Assembly (NCBI GenBank): GCA_030141605.1
Contig: JAQGDQ010000082.1
Coordinates: 631,419 to 695,418, forward strand
Source: Tubiluchus corallicola
Lineage: Eukaryota; Animalia; Priapulida
Reading direction: 5' to 3'
DNA: 64,000 nucleotides
Numbering within the stretch: the stretch's first letter is position 1; every line of letters begins with the position of its first letter. The position numbers were made by a program, and so were the translations under genes. A model generated the notes under the pieces. It worked only from the letters and a program-made list of their open reading frames with translations, was not told the origin of the DNA and did no database searches. This document shows positions 29,301 through 41,644 of the stretch, piece after piece.

Positions 29301-32300
29301 ATCGACATAACTTCCAGTGATATATTTATCTTCGTTTATGAATCTGCATCCTGTCTGAAAAGTACAAGATTTTGCAACATTTAAAGTATTATCAAATGAC
29401 TAACTTATGATATTAGATAAATTTGCAATTATCATAATCCTAACGTGTAAAAGGGAGTGCTGAATTCTCACACACACTTTCTTCCCTCAATGAAACCTGT
29501 TTCATCTACAAAAAACAAATATTATCACAACTTAGGAGCGATTACTGAATAACCCCTCATCCTTTGTGATGATGACGAAAATAAACAATTCGTCGAAGAA
29601 GCGGATTGACAATTATTCTTAACTGTTTACGCTCAGGCAGTCTTACCTTGCCAGGTGTTTTATTTTTACAGACGGGCTAAATAAAAATTACAGACAACAA
29701 GCATGGAAAGTAAAAATTTGTTAGACCATTATGACAATGCTCTAGATGCGACTAACTGGTCGTGCTGGTCTCGTATAACTTTAGTACATTCTCCTATGCT
29801 AATATTAGGCCCATTTGTCTGAAAACACAGAAAGATACTTGGAAAAACAAGCTAATTAAAGGCTGACACACACTTGAGGCAAAGTCACACCAAGGTGTCA
29901 TCACTGGGTGTGAGGTGTCAATTTCAATTTGAAACGATTTGTGTCGTCCAGCCTAATGAAAAAACGACAAACAGTATAATTTACCTAAACATCTAAAACG
30001 CCCCTTTGCAACAAACCACAAGCCTTAGCTCAATTCAAGTAATAACTAAAATACGACTACAACATTCAAATCGCCTCATTTTAGCCACCATTCCTCATAA
30101 GATACAACAAACAGTACATGAATTGATGTACAGTACTTTTTTCTACATAACGGTAGAGCTTTTAGTTCTTAAAACTTGACACAAAGGCTGAAACTAGATT
30201 CATAACACAAGAGCAAATCGCGGAATTTTCATAGCCCTCGTCGCAGTTCTCACTAAAGCCAGTGATGTATATACATTAATTACTTTGTAACCTTGTTCTA
30301 GCTAAACCACTTGCCTCTCTGTTTGCCATACAATGTGATTATTTACTGCGAAATTTAGGACTACCACATTTTTTCTGGGTATATAATTCAGACTTTGGAT
30401 AAAAACAAAATTGCTTTGGAATTAATTCTTGTCAGAACTGCTTTTAATTTACACGATTATAAATCCGGCGGCATCTTTGATAACCATTAGTATATTATCC
30501 ACCACAAGTTAAACAAAGACTAGTTCTGGAATAAACCAAAAAGCATGAAAATGGTGATTACAAACAATGGTTTTATTATACAACTTAGTGTGTGCTTAAA
30601 AGATTTAATTAAATTATAGCAGTGCCCAAACCTGAAGTGAAAGTTATTTAAGCTTGATGAACTGAGAAAATCATACCTGTATTACGCATAGGCTTAACCA
30701 CTATATAAGTATTACAAAAACCTTAAATTAGCAGAGGGGACAAACTAAAGATTTATTCAAGGTTTACGTATTTCCATTGTCTGACCTATATAATATATAC
30801 TAGATATTATTTATTTGAAACTACAAGTGCTCTATGGAAATCAAAGCAATAGGCCTAAAGGAGTACCATGTATATACCCGCATATATATAATTCAGGTGG
30901 TGCTGGTATATATATCTATATCTATATATATAAATATAGCTGAATTAGCTGATACACATGTACAGCACAAAAAACTAAAATAAACTCTAATTGTGTCAGA
31001 TTCTACAATAGTACATTTACGTATATATTACGTAGGCTCTGATTATAGCTACACCGTCACAACTCACACCAAGAAACAAGGATTTCAAGTTATCGATATA
31101 TGAATGGAACGACAAGCACGTTAGCATAATTACACCAAAGGTAAGTTATTATCAAGTCTAGGCTGCAATATAGAGATTCATTTCAGTTTTCAAGTTATTA
31201 CCATGTGTGGTTCCATGCCCATCCCAGGGCGAAAATGGATGCAGTAAGTTTTTTGGCTGTGATGCGTTAAAGTCTATAAGCACAGCAGACCGGCTTGTTC
31301 TGAAAATCCGGCTCAATAGGCTGTAGATTAATAAAGGTACAATACACCCGACTGCGATAGACTTTATATAACTAAAACTGAATGGGAATGTCCTATGCTA
31401 CTAATAATATTGAAATTGGAAAGAAACTTCATGAATGTACGGAGGCTTCTATCACGTATCATAAGTACACACTAAAACGCTACTTGCACAAATACATTTT
31501 TGACATTTTTTGGCTTCAACCACGACCGTACGTCGGTACTCAGCAATCGAAACCTCATTGTCTGTAATCTCAGTAGCTTTTATGAAAAACATGAGAGTTG
31601 CCTCTTGTTCAAATATCACCCTCTGTACTTGAGCAATGAATAACTAGTCATCGTATGAAGGACATGAATTGATATGTTATGTTACGTTTTTATTTGACGT
31701 ATACCACCAGAAACCTATATAGATTAGATTGTTTTACTATATACCTGCACGGTATTTTGACTTCGAACGTTTAATCTGCTAGAATTCAGCGCTTCGGGTG
31801 TTCACAAAAGATTAATTTATATGCAAGTTGTAGTTTTTTCTAAGAGTTTATTTACGTTTAATTAACAATTTAGCAGTAAGTGCTAACACGCCGCTGCATA
31901 TGTAGTTCACGGCATAAATTTTAGACAATAGCTTGGGGCTGATGAACATTGTAAGACTACAAACAGACTCTCCAATACAGTAAACTAATCTAGGGCAAGC
32001 CTCCACAAGAACCAAGGCACGAAAGAATCGTGAAAAGCCACGGGGTTATAATAATACTGCTCGTACATCCTTTAATTTGGCATAGTTGCCTTCATTTAAA
32101 CCTTTTTACCTAATTAAATTTTCTGAATATGTTGTAGAAGAGTCAACAGCACACAACTATTAAACATTTCGGGAATTCAATTCTTTCGGATCGCAACATT
32201 ACAATATGGTTGGAAATTATTTTACGAAAAAACGTTTAAATTATCCTTCCAATGCTTATCATTTGGGTGTGTGACATGTGCAGTAATGAATGAGAAACTA

Positions 32301-34264
32301 CAATGAGGACGTTGCAATGAATGTCACGGCCAGCCAATATAGTTTACGAAAACTCAGGAAGTGGGACTATGGTATAGCCTATCATTTTTGATTGGCATAG
32401 TTCCAGTTTACGCACAAAATCAACAACATGTATTATTACGCAACTGGACATATTTGCATTTCCGACGTGCAAAAATATTGTGTAGAAACAGTTCATATTG
32501 GTTTAGACACGATAATTATGCTAATCTATACAACGTGTAATCATGTGTTTCAGAATAGTACTAGAACCTACAGTTAGTATGAGTCATCCACGCTAGAAAG
32601 TGTAGCTAACTATTGGAGCAGGTACGGAATTCCTCAACATCTTTTCACAATACAAAACGTTTTTTTCACACGAGGATATTTTTACTAGTGGGTGAGACTG
32701 TAACAGAACCTTGAATGATAACCAATTACGAACATTCAGGAAGTTCGCTTAGCCCTCTAACGTAGTATACAGCCCGTCTCACACATAAATCTATTGAAAA
32801 CGTGCTTTAAAAGTGTACCATTCATCGTACACAGGTTTACTAATCAAGCATTTTCAAGAAATGATACATACAATAATATCAGTTGTTATGGAGCCGTTTC
32901 TGAACTTACTGTGTAGTGTAACAGCATAATTTCCCTTCAAACTGTGAACTCAATAATAGGTCTATGAAAATAGCCAGGCTAAGATCAACGATTGCACAAC
33001 AACATAATAGAAACTTACGTCAAATTTAGTGTCCAAAGTGTGCCAAATAACCAAAGTCTAATAACCATAAGTCATTATCATGCATTATTTTAGCGTAATT
33101 TCTTGTAGAAATTGTTTGCTTAAACTTACCTTTGTTAAAAGCTTACAGTGCACACCTGTAAAATCTGTTAACCTGGAAGAGTTCACTTGCTAATCTCTTG
33201 CTCTCCTTCGGGATAAAGGCCACCCAAGACGGGAGGAACACTTGTTCTTATTAAGCTGCAAATAAGAAGGCTGTAGTTAGCTGATTTCAGATCATCAGTT
33301 TAAAGGCATTACAATTGTAAAACAAATACCATGTTGTTTTTACCCAAGTACCTATCTCTGTACAATAAAGACACATTGTACTGATTATTGCATATAGACG
33401 AAGTCCTAGATAATCATACCTGTAGGTCAAAGAGTTCAACGTTTGAGGTGGGGACTTGTGAGCATTGTAATAAATGGACACCAGGACTTTTTCATTTTAC
33501 ATACTAAGATTATTTTACAGAATACTCGTTATGTACTCATGAAGTAACTTTTAAGCAAGTCCCTTTGCATGCTACTAGTCTAAACTGAATTGAAAATGGA
33601 ACGTTACACTCGTCTTAATCATTATTTTGGCACAAATTTATAAACACACTTAAAGGTTTAATTACTGTAAAACATTATTGTATATTTAATATGAATAAGA
33701 AATATGCCTGCTTAGCTTACAAGTGACAGATATATAAGAGAAATGCTGATTGCTGAGTAGCCGTGTTGTTCCCTAAATTTAGAGTGCAGTTCCTATTTGG
33801 ACCTAGGGGCCATAAAATAGTGAGGATACGCAACTTTTAGTCAAACTACTAAACTTCAAACACAATTAAAACTTGTTTATAGCCTTGGGTTGGAAGTATA
33901 AAATAAATTTTACACTTGTCATTTAGATCGCACAAGAGCAATATACATATCTGGCAATGTACGATCTTGCAAATAAACATTATGCTGATACCTTAAATCG
34001 TTTTCTATTTTTATATAAATCTACACTGTATGTACAGCGCGACGAATTTTACATTATATGGGTACATCGTATATACAGCTGCATAGTGTATACTGTGCAA
34101 ATCTGATACAATTACATTTCTACATACCTGTACGTATTTATTAAAATTTAATCATGCTGAAAACATGGTGTTCTAAGACTAAGTTTCCTAATACAATAAT
34201 ATAGAAAATACGTTAAGTTTGACCCCTATATAACATTAAAACTTTTTGTAAACACATGAAACTA

Positions 34265-35390
34265 CTTACCAATGCTTCGTTTTCAATGTAATCCAAACTG
34301 GCTTGAGATACGACAGCAAAAAGATTCGTTAAATCTCGAAAAAACTTTAAATATTCACAAGTCACAAATGTATTTCACTGAAAATGTTTTGAAGAATTTC
34401 TAACCTTCTTTACTTTATCGTGGTCGTTAACGACACCAGATGGTTCCAGTATCCAATTATTCCTAACTGCTTAGCAGCTTATTCAGATTTTACAAACCAT
34501 GTCAAAAGTCGTATCTAGCACATTATGTCGAAAGTCGTATCTAACATAATTAGCCCCAAAGAGCTTAGTGCTAATAACACGATGCATTTACACCGTGTCA
34601 CTTTACAAAAAACTCAATAATGTACAAGTACTGGACGGTTTTCTAATTCTTATCTTCAAAATTAACGACGAATGCTTCCACGATCAAAGCTTTGGACAGA
34701 ATATCCCATTTAAGTTATCAAACCACAGGCATTTAGGACGGCATCAACACGAAGAATACGTAAGCACGTAGTTTAGTCACTACAAAAATATAACTCTCTG
34801 GACGGTGTTAACTGATAGTCAATTGATAAGCGAATTCACGTCATAATGTCAAATCACGTTCAACAACATCCCAACTACCAACAACGCAATAACGCAGGTA
34901 ACACAAAATGGCGGGGTGATCAAATCTCTACCTGGTTTGACAGCTTACCTGCGCATAATGACGCTGCCACATTATAGTTGTTTAGCGGAGGCTCGTGATG
35001 ATGCAGGTAGAAGTGCTGCGAGCGATGACAGATTTTTAAAAAAATTAAGAAGCCAAGAAATGCAGATATAAAACTGTATCCTGCCTCATACAACAATCCA
35101 CTAAGTGACTATAATACGAAACACAATTATAATTATGTCATAGTTAGCACTAACATTTTAATTCTTGATTTTGTACTGTTTAAACATCCTAAACTAAAAC
35201 AAAAGCAAAAATGCGTTTGATACATCAAAAAAGGCCACATCACTTTTTTTATTACAGTCACATTTGTATAACTGGTCAGAAAATAAAGTGTGTGGTTATG
35301 ATTATTACTATACATAAAATAATAATACCTACTATAGTTTCTAGAGATTTTAGTTTGATGTTGTCTCACAGCGCCATCTTCCGGGTGTTT
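34265..35390 (-). promoter_or_regulatory. Probable promoter and non-coding first exon(s) of the USP53/54 gene
   Basis: YY1-like aaaatggcgg (34905-34914) and cgccatcttccgg (YY1/ETS-like, 35372-35384). Minus-strand donors G|GTAAGT at ~34270 and CAG|GTAAGC at ~34949. A 26-bp tandem duplication lies at 34499-34550. The E-box-rich domain ends here. Confidence 0.35.
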
Positions 35391-35499
35391 TTCACATTTA
35401 GGTCCTATTGTAGCTTATAATTATTCAATATGGGATATAAGGACGCAATAGATTTTCAATAACATAAATAGAAAATAATTCTTCTTCAGGTCATTTAAG

Positions 35500-36632
35500 A
35501 AGGCATGCCAATACTGTTATTGTAATGAACTTACCAAAACTGAATAACAGTCAACACGAATGACAGTCTGTCTTGAAAATAAAGTTGTATGATGCTTTTT
35601 GTGTGCTAATTAAGTTGATTGTGTATATACTTATCACAATTTAGCAACATACAGAATTGATTGCCTATTCTTTTGATAAGAAGCTAAAATTTGTGGAAAA
35701 AAATAAAAATTGTAGGCCATTATTTGTGAGCTCAAAACCTTTATTAAATTGGCTGGAGATTGTAACACATCAAATTCTTATTTGCTGATATTCACATAAG
35801 AAAATCATGCGAAAATTGTTTCATTGATATTCCGTGTATTTAACAAACTTGGCATGGAGCAATAAATGGATTAACATCACTTTAAGATAGCGGTAATTTC
35901 ATTCTGGGAATTTTGAATGCGCATTTTTACACCAACGACTTGAGAAGGGCAGCGCATTGCCAATTTCCGTCAAAAAGTCTATGAGAGTCCATATAATTTT
36001 TGTCTATAAAACTAACAACGATCTATTCCCTACATACTTCAAGAATCCGTAATTAAGAATATTGAATCACATAATACTCGATGTAATGATTACTAACTCA
36101 GTTATTGTGGAGAAAATATTGCAAAACATTTCATTACCTATAGTGGACCTAAACTGTGGAACACGTTATCCCCTCTCCCCCAATGTAAAGTGCCAGTACA
36201 ACATATACCACTCTAAATTGTCAGTTAAGCGATATCTGTTCGCTGCTTATATAAATTAGTCTCTATAACTACCTATTGTTCCTGCGTGACACTCCAATCA
36301 TAACCATGCATTGAGTAGAACCCAGAGTGCTTTCTAATCTCATTGAGCTGAATCTTCACAAGCCACTCTTCCTACGCTTTTGAACTTATCCGATTTTTCT
36401 ATCCTTGTTTTGCGCAACTTCTTTCTTTTAAACTGCTTGAAACCCGTGCTTTAACGTTCTTTTTTCAATTATCCTTTGGACATGCTTACAGTGGCGCAAG
36501 CACCTAATAAGTTTTTACTTTTGGTTTTTGCCCTTAATATGCATGGTGTCGCATCAAATCATCAATATTAGCTGTATATTTTTTCTCACCGCTTCTACAT
36601 ATTAAATCACTGTATTTCCAAATAAATAAATT
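35500..36632 (+). mobile_element. Degenerate 3' end of a CR1/L2-like LINE
   Basis: Remnant ORF2 C-terminal motifs HNTR (~36067) and FITYSGPKLWNTLS (~36130-36171), then a 3' UTR-like region ending in aaataaataaat at ~36620-36631. The 5' boundary is approximate. Confidence 0.6.
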
Positions 36633-36871
36633 ACTTAGAAAAGTATACTGTTCAATTAAATTTTTACAAAATATTTTGTGATATTTTTGCATGAACGTTA
36701 AGTAATTTGTAGAAGTTTTAATTAGTTACAAAAAGTCACGAAATCCTCATAATTATTTTCAAATTAATGAGAGCTACCACCGTGCCTGAAAATTTCTAAA
36801 CAGTGACAGCATAAGTTAACAAAAAATTACAAAAAGCCACAAGTCAATTTTTATTACAGGCATTTAGAAAC

Positions 36872-37108
36872 TTTTATAGTTAAAACAACTCATCTTTATT
36901 AAAACTTTTACTTTACAAAGTTAAAATGTTAAAATTATGCCAAACGTTTCGACAGACAACTGCTGTCATCATCAGTGGTATGTTTGCATGTTTGTAAATT
37001 TATCACTGACAATGACAGCAGTAGTCTGTCGAAACGTTTGGCACGATTTTAAATTTTTAACTTTGTAAAGTAGAAGTTTCAATAAAGTTGTGACGCTTTA
37101 ACTAAAAA
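36872..37108. mobile_element. Penelope-like-element-derived inverted repeat (~108-bp arms, ~20-bp loop) with hammerhead cores
   Basis: 36872-36980 is the reverse complement of 37000-37108 with mismatches. Each arm reads ctga..atgacagcagt.gtctgtcgaaacgtttggca...aataaa outward. Confidence 0.8.
36938..36980 (-). ncRNA. Minimal type-I hammerhead ribozyme motif
   Basis: Minus strand: cca-CUGAUGA-u-GACAG-caguugu-CUGUC-GAAAC-GUU-ugg. It has an intact core, a 5-bp helix II, a 3-bp helix I, and palindromic AAACGUUU in place of helix III. Confidence 0.6.
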
Positions 37109-38698
37109 ACCCACAAAGTTTGCTAGTTACATCATTATTTTCAATTGAATGGCAGTTACCAAAAACAAAAATTCATATCCCGAGGCGACATAGGTTGACT
37201 TTATGCATTTATAGACAGTTTTAGCATATTTTTGTTAGTTTTTTCTAGTTTTAAGTGACAAAAGTAAAAAGTAAACCCAACACGTTAAATGACTTAACAT
37301 TTCCTTTAAGTAATAATACCCTCTTGCTGAGTCTAGGTCTCTGTTTGCAGAATGGCTACTAGCATGTTTTGATGTGGTACATGCAAAATTTCTATAAGCA
37401 ACTTGTGAGTGAGTACCATCAATTTACTCACCATCAAAAGACGAGTTACATAATGAGTTTTTAACGATTTGGGACGTGGTAATATCGATTGTTTTAAAGG
37501 TCAAAATAATTTATTTGACAAATAGAGAGAATAATAAATGGCGAAAATAGGCAGATATCATTAAATTTGCCAAAAACCTTAAACATGTCATAACTGCCCG
37601 CAGTAAAAGTCTCATGTTTTGTTATCATTATTATAAAGATTTTGATTCTTTGACTTGTTATTCGATTCAGTTGGTAGGCTGTTTATTGTTTGGATATCTT
37701 TGTTTGTTTGGAAAAACACAGAACAGCAGCTAGTTTTTATCTTTTCATTCAATATATTACAAATATTCGTAAATCCATAACAAAATTAATCTAACTTTAA
37801 AACAAAATTTAATAGAACATACAGGTCTTCCAGCAATGGAACTTGAAAATGTAGAGTGCGAAGATGACCATCTAAAATTTTTGTGCTGTCACCTAGTGAC
37901 TGATTCAAAATGTAGTTCAAATTTCAAATTTTTGCTTTTCAACATTTACCTTTGTGCAAACGAATGAGTGACGACATTTTCTCTTTTTCCGTGAAACTGA
38001 GTGTGATTTCGCAATTTTCCGAAAATTTTGTCAAAATTGTAGATATAAAATGCTTTTAACTTGCCACTAAACTATACAATAATTTCTATGAGTCCTTTTA
38101 TACTTATGACTAAGATCTTGAAGTAAGAATTTATTTAAATATTGTTAATTACGGATTTTTTGTGTGTATAATGGTCATTTCTTATTGAGTGAACACCATC
38201 AGTGTTGAGTCAGTTAACTTCTCATTGTTTTGCACACTGCATTATGGCCCTGTGAATGCCTAATTTTTTACTTGCAATTAAAGTAAATTGTCAACGTAAA
38301 GCACTACATAGTCCTTCCTGTACTTTTAGGAATTGCGATTTATTCCAGCAACTGACTATTGCTGAGTTCAGTTTCGGTTCGTTCAAAGTCAGTTTTCTTT
38401 CCTGATAATGTTCCCGGTTAACTGTGGGCATGCTTTAATATTTTTATACCTTTTTATTTAAAAGTTTTTAGAAACCGTCTGCTCGACTGATTCTTATTAA
38501 TGCATAATATTGGTATAGGCCTATTATTAGTAAAATGTTTATATTTCAGGTAGTATAAAATAGAATGCTGTGCTAAATATTTAAAATATGGTCACTCTAT
38601 AGATGTATAGAAAACTCGGAAGGTTTCAGCAGATAGTTACTTTTCGGGTTTTTAGAGACAGTAGCTGCAAAATTCTAATAAAATTTTTCAGAAATTTA

Positions 38699-38954
38699 AT
38701 GGCAGCGAACAGTGGAATGTTGCCTCGTGTCGAGTCGCAAGCTACAATAGCATCGCTGGCTGCATATGATGATTCTGACATTTCTGATATTGAAGAAGAA
38801 CAGAAGAAAAGTCCACAACTAGATCTAGAAGTTAAAGCTCAAGAAAACGAAGGAAGCCGAAATGCATCAGACAATGAAGTCGTGCCGATGGAAATAGATG
38901 ATTCTGAATCTTCACCAAGTAGTGCTACTGGGCGCATATCTCCTATATCTCCTG
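38699..38954 (+). CDS. SAP30BP: SAP30-binding protein (HCNGP family), coding exon 1 of 4
   Basis: ATG at 38699; SLAAYDDSD acidic N-terminus typical of SAP30BP; phase-1 donor G|GTAATG. Confidence 0.85.
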
Positions 38955-40181
38955 GTAATGTGTTTAAAGCACAAGAAAATTGTCATTCACTTACATAAAA
39001 CTTAAAAAATTTGTCTTGAAGGTTTGTACCACTTACATGCTACCTTTCTGCAAACAGGATTTGTGTTGGCAGTAACGTTGTATAAAACATATAAATTTAA
39101 ACTCCCGCGATGACCGTTAAACACAGCCATTTTGACGATAAGCCATTACAAGTTTAGATAACGCTGAGTAAAGTTTGAAAAAATAATCGGAGCACTCGTA
39201 TCGCACACGTCATTGACTAAGTAAAATTTTAAATTACTGTATCAGGTCAATAAGATTAAAAATATGCTTTTTGGTTAGTGAGTGGTGCACCCTGGAGGGG
39301 TGAGCCAGCGAGATTTTACCAATTGGTGAAAGCATTTTAAATAACTAATAATTTTCTTTTCTAGTTACATAAGTCTTTCAAGCAGGTAAGCGAGTGCTAA
39401 GTAAAATAACTTTGTACATGGAAAGCTTTTGGGACATAATTTTAGCATTGCACTTTCTTTCCCTGGTTTATGTTGTACCCTGTAATGGCATGGTCTGAAC
39501 AGTATCATGGGAAATTTAAAATGAAAACAAACATTCAACCTTTCAACGCGTACAATATATACATAAAATTGCTGTAAAGTAATATAATTTTTTAAGGCGA
39601 TTTTTCTGAAAACCTACTTCAGGTACCTCTTTTCTTGTCCTTTAAGGTTTTCGAAATTTCTAATTTGTTTTACGCATAAATTCATTTTTTGTTTGAATGA
39701 TTGTGCATCACAGTGTTTGCTAATTAGGGTTAGCTTTTCTTCATTTTAGTATATTTTCTTTTCCATGAGCTTTTTTTTTGCTAAATAATGTTCATTTTTA
39801 AAGTAATTGGGACCTGCTGCTATTCACGTACTTTAACTGGTTTAATGCACAATACTATGCATGACATTAAACCTGAAAGTACAGTTGCTGACACATGTGG
39901 CCTGCAGGTCAGATCTTAGCTCAAAATTGGATATTGGAGTCTTAAAATTCAATGTGAATTACTGATTAATTTTACGGGTAACAACGTGTAATTCCAAAAC
40001 ATTTGTTAATATAGAATGAAGGAAGTCATTTTTATCAAATTAAATCATATAAATTTTTTAATGATTTTATTGAGGAAATTTTGTTTGCTTTAGATCCTTG
40101 TTATTCTAATGTTACTTATGGTGAAAATTCCATATAATAATTGATTAGTAAACTATGGTAAAGAAGTTGTTTTTTTTTCAG

Positions 40182-40326
40182 GTGGACATGATGATGCGTC
40201 ACTGCAAGAAGTTTCTGTTAATCAGCTGGCTGATCATAAACCACGGTCGGCGAGAAAACTACGTTCCAGGACCGGACTGGTGTCTTATTCCACAGAAAAA
40301 GTAGAGGGCGATTCTGAATCTTCAGG
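40182..40326 (+). CDS. SAP30BP: SAP30BP coding exon 2 (ends at a GC donor)
   Basis: Acceptor ttttttttcag. Open phase-1 frame GGHDDASLQE...RTGLVSYSTEKVEGDSESSG. Only GG|GCAAGT gives the phase needed for exon 3. Confidence 0.75.
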
Positions 40327-41159
40327 GCAAGTACCTACATTGAATTTTTAGACACTCTATATTGCTTGAAAGGTAGAATTTCTTCTCATTTATCATTTTG
40401 TTTAAATCTGTGTTTGTTGTGCCAGCTTTTTATGTTTGCCACAGGCACAGGTATTTTGCGAAATACATGTTTGTTTCCAGGGAAATGAAAGTGTATTAAA
40501 AGTGTTATGTAAAGTAACCCGTACATAGTTTGTGAAAATGCTGTGTTTAAGCCAGCAAGCTGGGATTCTGTATACATTTACACAATGTTGGCACACTTTT
40601 ATGGAGAATGGGTGCACTACTAAATTTTGATCTTTGGAATATAACTAATGAACTGTTTGGTCTGCCAATCACATGAGTGATTATATCATACTTGGATAGA
40701 TTAAATGCGTAGAGCAAAAAATATACTATAACGGGGCATTATAATATTTGGCTTCCATTTTAAATAGCATCAGATGCACTATGTGTGTTAAAGGAGTAAT
40801 GAATTATATCGCAAGGTTTAGTGGTATACTGTATGTGATCTTGCTAATCTCTGATCGTTGTCTGAGCCGGGCATATTTTTTTCCGCAATGGTCCACATTA
40901 TGCTGAGTTTAGTTTAGCGGTGTAAAATTTCTGAACAAGTTTGGAGCTCTTTGCCACAGGGATAAATCAATTTAGTTTAAAGTGATGCTGTCTGTTGAAT
41001 CTAGATTTCTTTCACACTTGTATATTTTAGTTAGCTTGTATGGGTAATAAAATTGGCTGTCATTATAATACCGTATAATTGCAGCTTTGATTTATTATAA
41101 ACAATTAAACGTCTGTCATAATGATTTTATTACCATACTAATTTGTTATACATTTTCAG

Positions 41160-41644
41160 TTCTGAAGGTGAAGAAGAAGGTGTACATTTAACAAAAAGAG
41201 ATGATATAATGTTCGTTGATTCACCGCTAACAGCCGAAGTGGGCCAAGCTTTATCTCAGAGCGTACGAAACAAATCGTACGCCGACATACAGATGCCTCC
41301 AGAGCCCCCGGGGCGTTGTTCAAAAGAATTACAAGAAAGAATAGCTCGTGAATACGAGAAAAGGTTGCGTGGTCAAAATGCAAATATGTTGATACAGCGG
41401 CGGAAAGATTTCCGCAATCCTAGTATTTATGAGAAACTGATAGACTTCTGTAAAATAGATGAGTTCGGGTCGAATTATCCTAGAGATATATTCGATCCAC
41501 ATGGCTGGGGCCCAGAATCTTTCTATGAAGAGCTAGCCAAAGTGCAGAAGGCGGAAATGGATAAACGGGAAAAAGAGAAGAAAGACCGAACGAAAATAGA
41601 ATTTGTGACTGGAGTGAAAAAGCCAACTGCATCTGATACTGCAG
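41160..41644 (+). CDS. SAP30BP: SAP30BP coding exon 3 (HCNGP domain)
   Basis: PPEPPGRCS...IQRRKDFRNPSIYEKLIDFCKIDEFGSNYPRDIFDPHGW...KIEFVTG is the conserved SAP30BP core. Acceptor ttttcag, donor G|GTAATT. Confidence 0.95.
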
